DNA of 64,000 nt from an uncultured Chloroflexia bacterium (lineage in GTDB: Bacteria; Chloroflexota; Anaerolineae; CG2-30-64-16), in the NCBI GenBank assembly GCA_963774265.1, contig CAVZDU010000008.1:64001-128000 (forward strand), given 5' to 3'. Numbering within the stretch: position 1 is the first letter of the stretch; each line of letters opens with the position of its first letter. Positions 10,816-21,656 of this stretch are shown one piece after another. A model generated the notes under the pieces. That model made no database searches. It saw only the letters and a program-made list of their open reading frames with translations, and was not told the origin of the DNA. A program made the position numbers and the translations under genes.

Positions 10816-12370
10816 ATGGACTATCTCGTTGGGATTGACCTGGGCTCAACCACGCTCAAGGCGGTCATCTACGATACGCGCGGCAATGTCATTGCCAGCG
10901 GTTGCCGCCCGACCGAGCGCTTCCACCCCGATCCGGCGCATCCGGAGTGGACCGTCTGGCAGCCGGAGCAGATCTGGGGCGGCAGCGCTGCTGCGCTGAA
11001 GGAGGCCATCGCCGCAATCGACGATCCGCGCAACATCAAAGCCGTCGCTGTGACCGGCATGGGCATGGACGGCCTGCCGATCGACGAAAAGGGCAACTGG
11101 CTCTACCCGCTGATCAGTTGGCACTGCCCGCGCACCCAGCCGCAGTTCGAGTGGTGGATCCAGCACATCGGCGCCGAGAAGACCTTCGCCATCGGCGGCA
11201 ACACGCTCTGGCGCTTCTCGACCGCGCTGCGGCTGCTGTGGATGGCCGAGCACGAGCCGGAGATCCTGAGGCGCACCCACAAGTGGCTGCTGATCGAGGA
11301 TTTCGTCAACTTCATGCTGTGCGGCGTGGCCGCGACCGACTACACCATGGCCTCGTGCACGCTGCTGTTCGACCAGCGCAAGCTGAGCTGGTCGGACGAG
11401 ATGCTGGCACTGTCGGGCATCGACCGGCGGCTGTTGTGCGACGCGTTCCCCAGCGGCACGGTGCTGGGCGAGGTCACCCCCGCAGCGGCCGCGGCGACCG
11501 GGCTTGGCGGTCGGCACGCCGGTGGTGCTGGGCGGACACGACTACCTGTGCGGCGCGCTGCCGGTCGGCGCCATCAAACCGGGCGTCATCCTGGACGTGA
11601 GCGGCACCTGGGAGATCGTGCTGGCCTCCATCCCAACGCCGGTGCTGACCCCCGAAGCGCAGCGGACCGGCGTGACGGTCGAGGCACACGTGGCGCGCGA
11701 CCTCTACGCCATCTGGGGCGGCGCGGTCTCGTCCGACATGCTGGAGTGGTATCGCAAGGAGTACGGCTTCGAGGCGAAGCATCAAGGCCGAGACAGTGCA
11801 GCGGCGTGGATTGGGACTTTCTGATGGCGGAGGCGGCGCAGGTCGCCGGTCGGCGCGCGCGGCGTCATGTTCCTGCCGCACATGTCGGGCGCCGGATGCC
11901 CGGTGGTCGACAGCCGGTCGCTGGCGGGCTTCGTCGGCCTGAGCAACTTCGCCACCAAAGGCGACATGCTGCGGGCGATCATCGAGGGGCTGGACTACCA
12001 GTTCCTGGACATCGTCAAGACCATGCAGAATGACCTGGGCGTGCCGTTCGACAAGCTGGTGGTCGTCGGCGGGGCCGTGCGCAACAAGTTCTGGATGCAG
12101 AACAAGGCGGACATGGTCGGGCAGACCATCGAGGTGCCCGGCGGTCGAGGACGCAACGCCGTTGGGCGCGGCCATGCTGGGCGGGCATCGGCGTGGGCCT
12201 TTACCGGGACGAGCAAGACGCGTTCGAGCATGTCTGGAAGCCGGGCGCGACCTACGAGCCGGACCCGCAGGTGACCGCCCGGTACGCCGAGTCTGTTCCC
12301 GATCTACAAGCAGCTCTACGCCGCGCTGGCGCCGATCAGCCATCAGCTCTACGACCAATTCCCGGGTTAG
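10816..12370 (+). CDS. FGGY family carbohydrate kinase (split by indels)
   Basis: GIDLGSTTLKA, VTGMG, GGHDY, SGTWE, FLPH, VGGAVRN. Confidence 0.9.
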
Positions 12371-12387
12371 GCACCGGAGGTGTCGCT

Positions 12388-13924
12388 ATGGCCAAGTATC
12401 TCATGGGGATTGACAACGGCCTCACCGTGTCCAAGGCCGCGATCTTCGACCTGGAGGGCCACGAGGTCGCGGTCGCCAGCCGCAAGATCGAGGTGCAATA
12501 TCCCAAGCCCGGCTAGACCGAACGGGATATGGACATCGTCTGGCAGAAGACAGCCGAGGCGATCCGCGAGGTTATGGATGCGTCAGGCATCGATCCCTCG
12601 CGAGATCCTGGCCATCGGCAACTCAGGCCACGGCAATGGTCTGTACGTTGCTGGACCGTGACGGCAAGGCATTTCGCCCCAGCATCGCCTCCATGGATAG
12701 TCGCGCGCGCCGACATCATGGACGAGTGGAACCGACCGGGGGCGTGCACGACCAGGCCTTTCCGTTCGTCCTGCAATCCTGTTGGGCCGGCACAGCCGCG
12801 CGTCCTGCTGGCCTGGCTCAAGCGTCACGAGCCGGAGAGCTATCGCAAGATCGGCAAAGTTATGATGTGCACGGATTACATCAAGTACTGCCTGACCGGC
12901 GTGCACACCACCGACTTCTCGATCATCAGCGGCAGCAGCCTGTTCGACTCGCCCAATCGAGGCTATTCGCCGCGACCTGCTGGAGATCTACGGCATCCCC
13001 GAGATACTGCCTGCGCTGCCGCGGCCGGTCTGGAGCCACGAGATCGCCGGCCGGGTGACGCCGGAAGCCGCGCGGCTCACCGGGCTGGCCGTGGGCACGC
13101 CGGTCGCCGGCGGCCTGTTCGACATCGATGCCGCTGCGCATCGGCTCCGGGGTCATCGACGACGGCGTCCTCTGCATCGTCGCGGGCACCTGGAGCATCA
13201 ACGAGGTCGTCACCGACGATCCCATCATCGACAAACGTCTCTTTCTGATGCTCTCTGTTCGCGGTGCCGGGCATGTGGTTGACCCTGGAGGGCAGCGCGA
13301 CGTCGGCCACCAACCTGGAATGGTTCGTGAACAACTTCTGCTGCGAGGAAAAGCAGGAGGCCCAGGCCCGCGGCATCTCGGTGTACGATGTGTGCAACGA
13401 AAAGGTCGCGTCGCTGGCGCCGGGCAGCACCGACGTCATCTTCCACCCCTTCCTGTTCGGCTCCGATGTGCAAGCAACTGCGCGCGCGGGCTTCTATGGA
13501 CTGGGCGCGTGGCACACCAAGAACGCATGTGTTGCGAGCGTTGTACGAAGGGGTCGTCTACGGCCACATGAACCACATCGAAAAGCTGCGGGCGGCCGGC
13601 GCCCAGATCGAGAAGGCGCGCATGACGGGCGGCGGCTCGCACAGCCACGTGTGGACGCAGATGTTTTCCGACGCACTGCAACTGCCGATCGAGGTGCCCG
13701 AGGGCGCCGAGGTAGCCGCGCGAGGCGTCGCGATGGCGGCCGGCGTCGGGGTCGGGGTCTACAACGACTACACCGATGCCGTAGCCAGGGTCGTGCAGGT
13801 CGAACGCAAGCATCAGCCTGATCCCCAGGCCGCGCCCGCGTACCGAGTTCGCTATGGCGAATACGTGAACATACTGGAAGCCATGAAGGAACCGTGGAAT
13901 CGGCTGGCGAAGTTAAGCGCGTAA
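12388..13924 (+). CDS. FGGY family kinase, L-xylulokinase (LyxK)-like; indels plus an in-frame TAG at 12514
   Basis: GIDNGLTVSKA, SGHGNGLY, GGLFDI, AGTWSINE, SATSATNLEWF, FHPFLFGS. Confidence 0.85.
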
Positions 13925-14070
13925 CAAGTTCAAGAGTCCAGGCGGCTCACTTTGCACGAATTTGCACATAGGAATTGCGCAGGGTCGCTAACGGGGTACA
14001 TATACGGCCCAGGCAAAGTTCGGTGAGTTGACTAACGGGACGGGATAGCCGGTATCCCCAGGGGTGTTGG

Positions 14071-15051
14071 ATGGAAGACGATCGAGTGGATCTCCTGGCA
14101 CAGGTAGCGCTGTGGTACTATGAGGACGGGCTGGATCAGGCCGCGATTGCTGAGCGCATCAACAAATCGCGATCGATGGTTTCGCGCTTGTTGGAGCAGG
14201 CTCGCGAGGCGGGACTCGTTGAGGTGAAGGTGCATTATCCGCTGCGGACCGATACCGAGTTGGAGCGACGGATGTGCATCGAATTTGGCCTGGCAAGCGC
14301 GCATGTGCTGGCCGAGCCTCCGGATGACTACGACGTGCTCCTCAAGCGTCTCGGCGAACTGGGAGCGCGCTGCCTGCAACAGGCATTGCGCCCCGGGGTG
14401 ATCATCGGAGTCAGCTGGGGAACTGCGGTGCACGCCGTGGTGGGCGCAATGCCGAGCACCCCGGTGCCCGATGCAATGGTGGTCCAGCTCATCGGCGCTG
14501 TAGGGCACGGTGATCCGCTCGTGGACGGCGCTGAATTGGGCCGCTGGCTCGCACAAAAACTGCATGCTTCGTTCCGGTTCCTTTCCGCACCGCTGCTGGT
14601 GGAAGATGAAGCGTTGGCTGCGGCGCTGCGCCGGGAACGGACCATTGAAGAGACGCTGGCCATAGCCGCTAGGGCTGATGTAGCGGTCATCGGCATCGGC
14701 ACGCCACAGCCAGAGCTCTCCAGCCTGCTGCGTGCCGGCTACCTTACCCGGGCCGAGCTTAATTCTCTCTTGGAAAACGGAGTGGTGGGTGATGTGGTCG
14801 CCCACCAGTTCGATGAGAACGGCCACTGGCTGGATATTTCGGCTAACCGACGCGCGATTAGCCTGGATGCCGAATCACTACGGCGCATCCCGCGCATCAT
14901 CGCCGTGTCCGGCGGGATAGGCAAGGCCCGCGCCATCCTGGCCGGATTGCGGGGTCGCTACTGCACCTGCCTGGTCACGGACGCCCACGCAGCTCGACAG
15001 GTCCTGGAACTGCACCGGCAAGCAAACGCGGTGCGCTCAATATCGCGCTGA
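14071..15051 (+). CDS. SorC/CggR family sugar-binding transcriptional regulator
   Basis: VALWYYEDGLDQAAIA..SRSMVSRLL HTH, GVSWGTAV, GIG, LVTD. Confidence 0.95.
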   Translation: MEDDRVDLLAQVALWYYEDGLDQAAIAERINKSRSMVSRLLEQAREAGLVEVKVHYPLRTDTELERRMCIEFGLASAHVLAEPPDDYDVLLKRLGELGARCLQQALRPGVIIGVSWGTAVHAVVGAMPSTPVPDAMVVQLIGAVGHGDPLVDGAELGRWLAQKLHASFRFLSAPLLVEDEALAAALRRERTIEETLAIAARADVAVIGIGTPQPELSSLLRAGYLTRAELNSLLENGVVGDVVAHQFDENGHWLDISANRRAISLDAESLRRIPRIIAVSGGIGKARAILAGLRGRYCTCLVTDAHAARQVLELHRQANAVRSISR

Positions 15052-15155
15052 TCGCTGCCGGTTCCAACGATTGAATACATGAGGAATCGGCAGCACGTCT
15101 GGGCAACCGGATTGAAACGGTCGAAGCCCTGCAACCCGAAGAAAGGTGGCCACCC

Positions 15156-16034
15156 ATGTTCGAGGTCGAACACGTCTTGAGTGTGCAAAACGAGATTGGC
15201 GAGAGCCCACGCTGGGATGCCGACGAACAGGCGTTATACTGGCTGGACATCTGGGACAGCCCAGCCGTCTTCCGCCACAATCCGGCGACGAAGGAATTTA
15301 CCCGTTGGACACCGGGATTGCCTGTGACGGGCCAGGCGAGGCGATCACGCGGCGGCTTCGTGTTCGCCACGCGCAAGGGACTGTACTTCTGGGACGAGCG
15401 CACGGGGCAGAGTCAATTCATCCATGACCCGGAAGCGGACAACGGGCCCGTCCGCTTCAACGACGGTTCGGCCGACCGGATGGGCAGGTTTTGGGCGGGC
15501 TCCACCTATGCCGACGACCAATTCCGACCGGAAGGTTCGCTCTATCGCATGGACATCGATAGTGCCGTAAACAAGATGGCAGGGGGACTGGCCTGCTCGA
15601 ACGGATTGGGCTGGAGTCCGGACAACAGGACGATGTATGTCACCGCGCAGTTCGCATATGAGCTGCTGGCATTTGACTTCGACCCGAAGACAGGCGCGAT
15701 CACAAACAGACGATCCTTCGCCAAGGTGCCGGAGACAGATGGCCTACCGGACGGGCTGACTGTCGACGCTGAAGGGTGCGTGTGGAGCGCACAGTGGGGT
15801 GGCTGGCGTATCACCCGGTACGATCCGGACGGCAAGATCGAGCGAGTGGTCAAGCTGCCCGTACCGAACCCCACGAGCTGCGTGTTCGGCGGGCCCAATT
15901 TGCGGGACCTGTACGTGACCACGGCGTGGCTGCTGCTCAGCGACGCTGAGCGCCAAGCGGCGCCGGGGTCGGGCGACTTATTCGTAGTTCACACGGATAT
16001 CCAGGGGCTGACGGAGCCCAAATTCGCGGGTTGA
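15156..16034 (+). CDS. SMP-30/gluconolactonase family protein
   Basis: IGESPRWD, RFNDG, SNGLGWSPD, PDGLTVDAEG, LYVTTA. Confidence 0.95.
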   Translation: MFEVEHVLSVQNEIGESPRWDADEQALYWLDIWDSPAVFRHNPATKEFTRWTPGLPVTGQARRSRGGFVFATRKGLYFWDERTGQSQFIHDPEADNGPVRFNDGSADRMGRFWAGSTYADDQFRPEGSLYRMDIDSAVNKMAGGLACSNGLGWSPDNRTMYVTAQFAYELLAFDFDPKTGAITNRRSFAKVPETDGLPDGLTVDAEGCVWSAQWGGWRITRYDPDGKIERVVKLPVPNPTSCVFGGPNLRDLYVTTAWLLLSDAERQAAPGSGDLFVVHTDIQGLTEPKFAG

Positions 16035-16077
16035 AAACAAGCCAGACGACCCAACAACCAACCCAAATGGAGCAACA

Positions 16078-16833
16078 TTGACAATGGTTGACACCTTCAA
16101 GACTCGTTTGCGCAACGAGACACTGATCGGACCGATCCTCTCGTTACCGTGTTCCGACGTGGCGGATCTGCTCTCACGAGTCGGTTTCGACTACCTCTGG
16201 ATCGATCTGGAACACTCTCCGATGGACGTGACCGATGCGCAGACCCTAATCCAGGCTGCGGGCGGACGCTGTCCTTCCGTGATACGAGTGCCGGAGGTGA
16301 GCGAAGCGTGGATTAAGAAAGCCCTGGACACCGGTTGCGACGGGATCGTCATCCCCCAGATTCGCTCGGCCGCGGAAGCGCGCGCCGCGGTGGCCTGGTG
16401 CCAGTACCCACCGCTGGGCCGGCGCGGAGCGGCCATGACTCGTGCCCATGGATTCGGTCTCAGCTTCACCGAATATGTTGCGACGGCCAACCAGGACCTG
16501 GCGATCATACTCCAGATCGAGCACATCGACGCGGTGAGCCACATCGATGAGATCCTGCAGACCCCCGGTGTCGCGGCGCTCTTCATAGGCCCGTTTGATC
16601 TATCGGGCAGCATGGGGTTACTGGGACAGATAGCTCACACGGAGGTTCAGGCTGCAATCAGCCAGGTGATCGCAGCAGGACAGGCCGCGGACATGCCCCT
16701 TGGGATCTTTGTGGTCGATGGCGCGTCCGCATCGGCCGCCATCGCCCGCGGCTTTCACATGATCGCACTTGGCACTGACTCATCCTTTCTGCTGACCTCG
16801 GCGCGTGCCGCGCTCGCGGCCGCGAAAGGCTGA
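16078..16833 (+). CDS. HpcH/HpaI family 2-keto-3-deoxy sugar-acid aldolase
   Basis: GFDYLWIDLEHSP, YPPLGRRG, QIE, FIGPFDLS. Confidence 0.92.
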   Translation: MTMVDTFKTRLRNETLIGPILSLPCSDVADLLSRVGFDYLWIDLEHSPMDVTDAQTLIQAAGGRCPSVIRVPEVSEAWIKKALDTGCDGIVIPQIRSAAEARAAVAWCQYPPLGRRGAAMTRAHGFGLSFTEYVATANQDLAIILQIEHIDAVSHIDEILQTPGVAALFIGPFDLSGSMGLLGQIAHTEVQAAISQVIAAGQAADMPLGIFVVDGASASAAIARGFHMIALGTDSSFLLTSARAALAAAKG

Positions 16834-16839
16834 GAGATC

Positions 16840-17820
16840 ATGACCGCTCCACGCGTCTTTGTCACCCGCATTATCCCCGACCAAGGGCTCCGGCTCATCC
16901 AGGACTTCTGCAATGTCGATCTGTGGACCGATGAGCTGCCGCCCTCGCGCGATGTGCTCATGAAGCATGTCCAAGGGATGGACGGCCTGCTCAGCCTGCT
17001 CACGGATCGCATCGACGGCGAGGTGATGGACGCAGCCGGGTCGCAGCTCAAGGTGATTTCGAACCACGCAGTTGGGTTTGACAACATCGACTTGCCGGCC
17101 GCGACCCAGCGGGGCATTCCCGTGGGAAACACGCCGGGTATCCTGACCGATGCAACAGCGGATTTTGCTTTTGCGCTGCTCATGGCCGCCGCCCGGCGCG
17201 TGGTGGAGGGCGAGCGCTACGTACGCGAGGGCAGGTGGAAGACCTGGGGACCTTCTCTCCTGCTGGGACCTGATGTCCACGGTGCAACGCTCGGTCTGAT
17301 CGGGTTCGGCCGGATCGGGCAGGCGATGGCCAGGCGTGGCCGCGGCTTTGACATGCGCGTGCTCTACTATGATCCTTCTGCGTCGCCGGTGGAACCCGGG
17401 CTCAACGCAACTGCCGCGGACCTGGAGACGGTTCTGAGCGAAAGCGACTTCGTCTCGCTGCACACACCCCTGACATCGGAAACACGCGGACTGATGAATC
17501 GGGAGCGGCTCGCGCTAATGAAACCGAGTGCCGTCCTCATCAATACCGCGCGAGGCCCGATCGTCGATGCCGCGGCACTTCACGAAGCGTTAACCGAACG
17601 CCGCATTTTTGCTGCCGCGCTGGACGTGACTGATCCCGAGCCCATCCCCGTCGAAAGCCCGCTTCTGGCGCTGGACAATCTGATCGTAGTCCCGCATATC
17701 GCCAGCGCAAGCGTCGCTACGCGGCAAAAGATGTCCCTGATGGCCGCGAAAAACCTGATCGCAGGGCTGGTGGGCGAACCGCTGCCGAACTGCGTGAACC
17801 CCGAAGTGTATAGACGCTGA
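16840..17820 (+). CDS. D-2-hydroxyacid dehydrogenase (glyoxylate/hydroxypyruvate reductase, GyaR-like)
   Basis: AVGFDNID, NTPGILTDATAD, GFGRIG, INTARG, LDVTDPEP, PHIAS. Confidence 0.93.
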   Translation: MTAPRVFVTRIIPDQGLRLIQDFCNVDLWTDELPPSRDVLMKHVQGMDGLLSLLTDRIDGEVMDAAGSQLKVISNHAVGFDNIDLPAATQRGIPVGNTPGILTDATADFAFALLMAAARRVVEGERYVREGRWKTWGPSLLLGPDVHGATLGLIGFGRIGQAMARRGRGFDMRVLYYDPSASPVEPGLNATAADLETVLSESDFVSLHTPLTSETRGLMNRERLALMKPSAVLINTARGPIVDAAALHEALTERRIFAAALDVTDPEPIPVESPLLALDNLIVVPHIASASVATRQKMSLMAAKNLIAGLVGEPLPNCVNPEVYRR

Positions 17821-17845
17821 TTAGGCTTGCGGTGTTTTTGCACAT

Positions 17846-17874
17846 TTGACACGCTTTGTATCGTATGTTAGAGT
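17846..17874 (+). promoter_or_regulatory. Sigma70-type promoter of the ilv-leu operon
   Basis: TTGACA-17 nt-TAGAGT with a TG extended -10. Confidence 0.7.
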
Positions 17875-17900
17875 GTCGCCACTTACGTAAGGAAAAGCGA

Positions 17901-17987
17901 ATGACACCCGTTTCTGACCTGGTCCTGGTTCTTATTGGCAAGCTCCTTGTTATCAAGGAGCTAGACCCGCTTGGGAGGACCCGCTAG
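17901..17987 (+). CDS. ilv-leu leader peptide (28 aa, MTPVSDLVLVLIGKLLVIKELDPLGRTR)
   Basis: RBS AAGGA; 13 of 28 codons are Leu/Val/Ile; lies between the promoter and a terminator upstream of ilvB. Confidence 0.85.
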   Translation: MTPVSDLVLVLIGKLLVIKELDPLGRTR

Positions 17988-18023
17988 GCCGGATCAGGGC
18001 CAAAGTAGAACCTGAAACCCCGC

Positions 18024-18056
18024 AAAGGGCCTCCCAGACTGGGAGGCCCTTTCTTT
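18024..18056 (+). terminator. Attenuator terminator of the ilv-leu leader
   Basis: aaagggcctccca-gac-tgggaggcccttt followed by a T-rich tail. Confidence 0.85.
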
Positions 18057-18172
18057 GTGCGGTTGAGCCGCTGCTGGCAATCACTCTGGCAATGAAGCCC
18101 CTTCCGAGCATCGTCCGCGGACGATGCTCGGAAGGGGTTTCTATTCCGAGCACGTTTCGGTGGAGGTATCAT

Positions 18173-19882
18173 ATGCAACGAACTGGCGCCCAGATCATCT
18201 GGGAAAGTCTCATGCATGAGGGCGTAAGCGTAGTATTCGGCTATCCGGGCGGCTCTATCATGCCCGCCTACGATGCATTGCTCGACTACCCTGTTCACCA
18301 TGTCCTCGTACGCCACGAAGAAAACGCCGCATTTGCGGCGGATGGCTTCGCCCGAGCGTCCGGCAGGGTTGGTGTCTGCATGGCCACTTCTGGCCCAGGC
18401 GCTACCAACCTGGTCACCGGACTGGCCGGCGCAATGATGGACTCTATCCCTTTGGTTGCCATCACGGGCCAGGCCAACTCCCCCTTCGTCGGCACTGACG
18501 CATTCCAGGAAACAGACGTCACCGGCGTCACCCTGCCTATCACCAAACACAACTACTTGATCAAGGACGTCGCGGATCTGCCGCAGGCCATGAAGGAGGC
18601 GTTTCACATCGCCCGATCTGGCCGCCCCGGTCCCGTGCTAATTGACGTCTGCAAGGATGTTCAGTTCAAGTCGACCGAGTTCGACTATGATGCCGTCAAG
18701 CTGAGGCTGCCGGGTTATCATCCCACGAGGCGAGGACAGGCCGAGCAAATCCGAAAAGCCGCAGCCTTAATCAACGCCTCGAGACGCCCTGTCATCCTGG
18801 CGGGCCACGGCATCATCCTCGCAGAAGCCCACCACCAACTCCTCGTCCTCGCTGAAAAAGGCCATATCCCTGTCTCGACCACATTGCTCGGCATCGGCTG
18901 CATGCCTGAATCGCATCCTCTCAACCTGCGGATGATGGGCATGCATGGCGAAGCCTTCGTCAACCAGGCGATCGCAAATGCGGACCTGCTCATCGCGTTA
19001 GGCATGCGCTTCGACGACCGTGTGACCGGCAACCTTGCCACGTACGCACAAGGCGCGAAGATAATTCACGTGGATATCGATCCTGCGGAGATTGGTAAGA
19101 ATGTCACGACCGACGTTGGCATCGTCGGCGATGTGAAACAGGTGCTGCAGCAACTGCTGCCCCTGATCGAACTGCGCGATCGGAGTGCCTGGTTCTCTCA
19201 GATCGACATTTGGCGTCACGACACGGCTGCGCGAGACATTCTGTCGAACGGTCACGACCGCGCGCCGCACGTCCCCTTTGTCATCGATGCCATCTATCGG
19301 GCCACCAAGGACAATCTGACAACCATCGTGTCTGATGTGGGTCAACATCAGATGTGGACGGCGCAGTACTATCGGCATGACCAGCCTAACCGCTTCCTGA
19401 CGTCCGGCGGCCTGGGATCCATGGGCTACGGCCTGCCCGCGGCCATCGGTGCAAAGTTCGCCCGGCCAGATGAGGAAGTGTGGGCGGTGGTCGGCGATGG
19501 CGGCTTTCAGATGAGCATCCCCGAACTGGCAACCCTCACTCAAGAGGGGTTGGGAATCAAGATCGCAGTGATGCGCAACGGCTACCTGGGCATGGTGCGC
19601 CAGTGGCAGGAACTGATTCACGGCAAACGCTACTCCGAGGTCGCGATCACAGCGCCTGACTTCCTCAAGCTCGCCGATGCTTACGGCATCGTCGGGATGC
19701 GCGCGACGAAGCGGTCTGAGGTCGAGGAGGTCATTGCGGAAGCGCGCTCCTATGCGGGGCCCGTGCTGATGGATTTCGTTGTGGATGAAGAAGTAAACGT
19801 CTATCCGATGGTGGCGCCCGGCAAGGCGCTGAATGACATGCTCCGCCGACCCGTCGACGAGCGGATCTCGGCAGGAAGGTAA
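18173..19882 (+). CDS. ilvB: Acetolactate synthase large subunit
   Basis: VFGYPGG, RHEE, TSGPGATN, FQETD, GMHG, RFDDRVTG, GDGGFQM; RBS GGAGG before ATG 18173. Confidence 0.97.
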   Translation: MQRTGAQIIWESLMHEGVSVVFGYPGGSIMPAYDALLDYPVHHVLVRHEENAAFAADGFARASGRVGVCMATSGPGATNLVTGLAGAMMDSIPLVAITGQANSPFVGTDAFQETDVTGVTLPITKHNYLIKDVADLPQAMKEAFHIARSGRPGPVLIDVCKDVQFKSTEFDYDAVKLRLPGYHPTRRGQAEQIRKAAALINASRRPVILAGHGIILAEAHHQLLVLAEKGHIPVSTTLLGIGCMPESHPLNLRMMGMHGEAFVNQAIANADLLIALGMRFDDRVTGNLATYAQGAKIIHVDIDPAEIGKNVTTDVGIVGDVKQVLQQLLPLIELRDRSAWFSQIDIWRHDTAARDILSNGHDRAPHVPFVIDAIYRATKDNLTTIVSDVGQHQMWTAQYYRHDQPNRFLTSGGLGSMGYGLPAAIGAKFARPDEEVWAVVGDGGFQMSIPELATLTQEGLGIKIAVMRNGYLGMVRQWQELIHGKRYSEVAITAPDFLKLADAYGIVGMRATKRSEVEEVIAEARSYAGPVLMDFVVDEEVNVYPMVAPGKALNDMLRRPVDERISAGR

Positions 19883-19887
19883 GTCCC

Positions 19888-20514
19888 ATGCCTTACATCG
19901 ATCGTAGCTCAACCGGTCAGCACGCGCCGCATGTCCTGATGGCGCTTGTCGAAAATAAGCCCGGAGTTCTGACACGGGTGGCCAGTCTTTTCCGCCGGCG
20001 TGGCTTCAACATCGAGAGTCTCACGGTGGGACACACCGATTCCCCCGAAATCTCACGCATGACGATCGTGGTGGATGCCGACAAAACCGACGCGGCGATG
20101 GTCCAGCACAATCTGTTCAAACTGGTTAACGTGATAGATGTGCAGGACGTCACACGGCAGCCCGCCGTCATGCGCGACCTGGCGCTGATCAAAGTGCAGG
20201 TCGGCCAACAGAGCCGTTTCGAGATCGTCCAACTTGCCGACATCTACCGCGCGAAAGTGGTCGATGTCTGCGCCGATTCCATGATTCTCGAAGTCACCGG
20301 CCCGGAATCCAAGATCGACTCCCTCACAGAGATGCTCAAGCCTTATGGTATCCTCGAAATGGTCCGCACCGGCCTGGTCTGCATGGTGCGAGGCTCCGGC
20401 CATTTCTCGGGCATGCCGCCGGAGACAGGTGACGAGGATGAGCTAGATCTGGAGGACCCGGGAAACGGATATCACGAAGAAGAAACCCCAATCTCGCGAA
20501 CGCTAGGAATGTAA
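19888..20514 (+). CDS. ilvN: Acetolactate synthase small (regulatory) subunit
   Basis: [28 protein letters not shown] domain; EMVRTG. Confidence 0.96.
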   Translation: MPYIDRSSTGQHAPHVLMALVENKPGVLTRVASLFRRRGFNIESLTVGHTDSPEISRMTIVVDADKTDAAMVQHNLFKLVNVIDVQDVTRQPAVMRDLALIKVQVGQQSRFEIVQLADIYRAKVVDVCADSMILEVTGPESKIDSLTEMLKPYGILEMVRTGLVCMVRGSGHFSGMPPETGDEDELDLEDPGNGYHEEETPISRTLGM

Positions 20515-20528
20515 CAGAGGAGATCATT

Positions 20529-21551
20529 GTGGCCAACATCTATTACGACAAAGACGCAGACATGAGCCGGCTGGCGGGCAAGAAAGTCGCCATCATCGGC
20601 TTCGGCAGCCAGGGGCATGCGCACGCGTTGAACCTGCATGACTCAGGGGTGGATGTAGTCGTGGGCCTGTATCCCGGCAGCAAATCCTGGGCCAAGGTGG
20701 AGGCTGCCGGCCTCACCCCGATGACCGTGGCGGAGGCGACCAGGGTGGGAGATGTGGTGATGATTCTGACCCCGGACGTGGGCCAGGGAAAACTCTACCG
20801 CGACGAAATCGCACCCAACCTGTCCACGGGCAAGACACTGATGTTCGCTCACGGCTTCAGCATCCGCTTCGGCCAGGTCGTCCCACCCAAGGATGTGGAC
20901 GTGAGCATGATTGCACCGAAAGGACCGGGGCACCGCGTGCGCGAGACCTACGTCGCAGGGCAAGGCGTACCGGTATTGTTGGCTGTCTACCAGGACGCGA
21001 GCGGCAACGCCAAGGCGAACGCGCTGGCGTATGCGAGCGCGCTGGGCGCGGGCCGTTCTGGCATCCTCGAGACCTCCTTTGCGGAAGAGACAGAGACCGA
21101 TCTGTTCGGCGAGCAGGCGGTGCTGTGTGGCGGCGTCTCCAATCTGATGAAAGCTGGCTTCGAAACCTTGGTCGAGGCCGGTTACCAGCCTGAAATCGCG
21201 TATTTCGAATGCATCCATGAGATGAAACTCATTGTGGACCTGATCTACCAGGGCGGTCTGTCCTACATGCGCTATTCCGTTAGTGACACCGCAGAACACG
21301 GTGACTACCGCTCAGGGCCCCGCATAGTGGACGAAAGAACGCGCGCCGAGATGAAGAAGATCCTTTCGGAGATTCAGAGCGGCGGGTACGCGGAAGAGTG
21401 GATGGATGAAAACGCAGCCGGCCGCCCGGTCTTCAACAAAACCCGCGCCGATGAAATGGACAGCCAGGTCGAACAGGTCGGTCGCGAACTGCGCCGTATG
21501 ATGCCTTGGCTGAACCCGAAGGAAGTGAAGCCCGGAGAGGGCGGAGCATAG
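20529..21551 (+). CDS. ilvC: Ketol-acid reductoisomerase
   Basis: [37 protein letters not shown]. Confidence 0.98.
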   Translation: MANIYYDKDADMSRLAGKKVAIIGFGSQGHAHALNLHDSGVDVVVGLYPGSKSWAKVEAAGLTPMTVAEATRVGDVVMILTPDVGQGKLYRDEIAPNLSTGKTLMFAHGFSIRFGQVVPPKDVDVSMIAPKGPGHRVRETYVAGQGVPVLLAVYQDASGNAKANALAYASALGAGRSGILETSFAEETETDLFGEQAVLCGGVSNLMKAGFETLVEAGYQPEIAYFECIHEMKLIVDLIYQGGLSYMRYSVSDTAEHGDYRSGPRIVDERTRAEMKKILSEIQSGGYAEEWMDENAAGRPVFNKTRADEMDSQVEQVGRELRRMMPWLNPKEVKPGEGGA

Positions 21552-21656
21552 ATCGAAGTCGCTGCGAATGGCACAAGTGCTACGGACCCAATAAGGTCGC
21601 GTCCTTTCGCTCAATCCGCAGAGTTTGTGCCATTTATCGCCAGGACGGGGGTTCAT

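Noticed and set aside
12514-12516. In-frame TAG in the second FGGY kinase as possible pyrrolysine or readthrough
   Set aside because: The position matches the usual Trp of PGWxE (TGG to TAG), the gene has many other errors, and no pyl genes are in the window
6734-13924. Calling the split genes pseudogenes
   Set aside because: Motifs are intact in each frame and housekeeping genes show the same lesions; sequencing error is more parsimonious
17830-18170. T-box riboswitch upstream of ilvB
   Set aside because: No T-box consensus seen; the leader peptide and terminator explain the region
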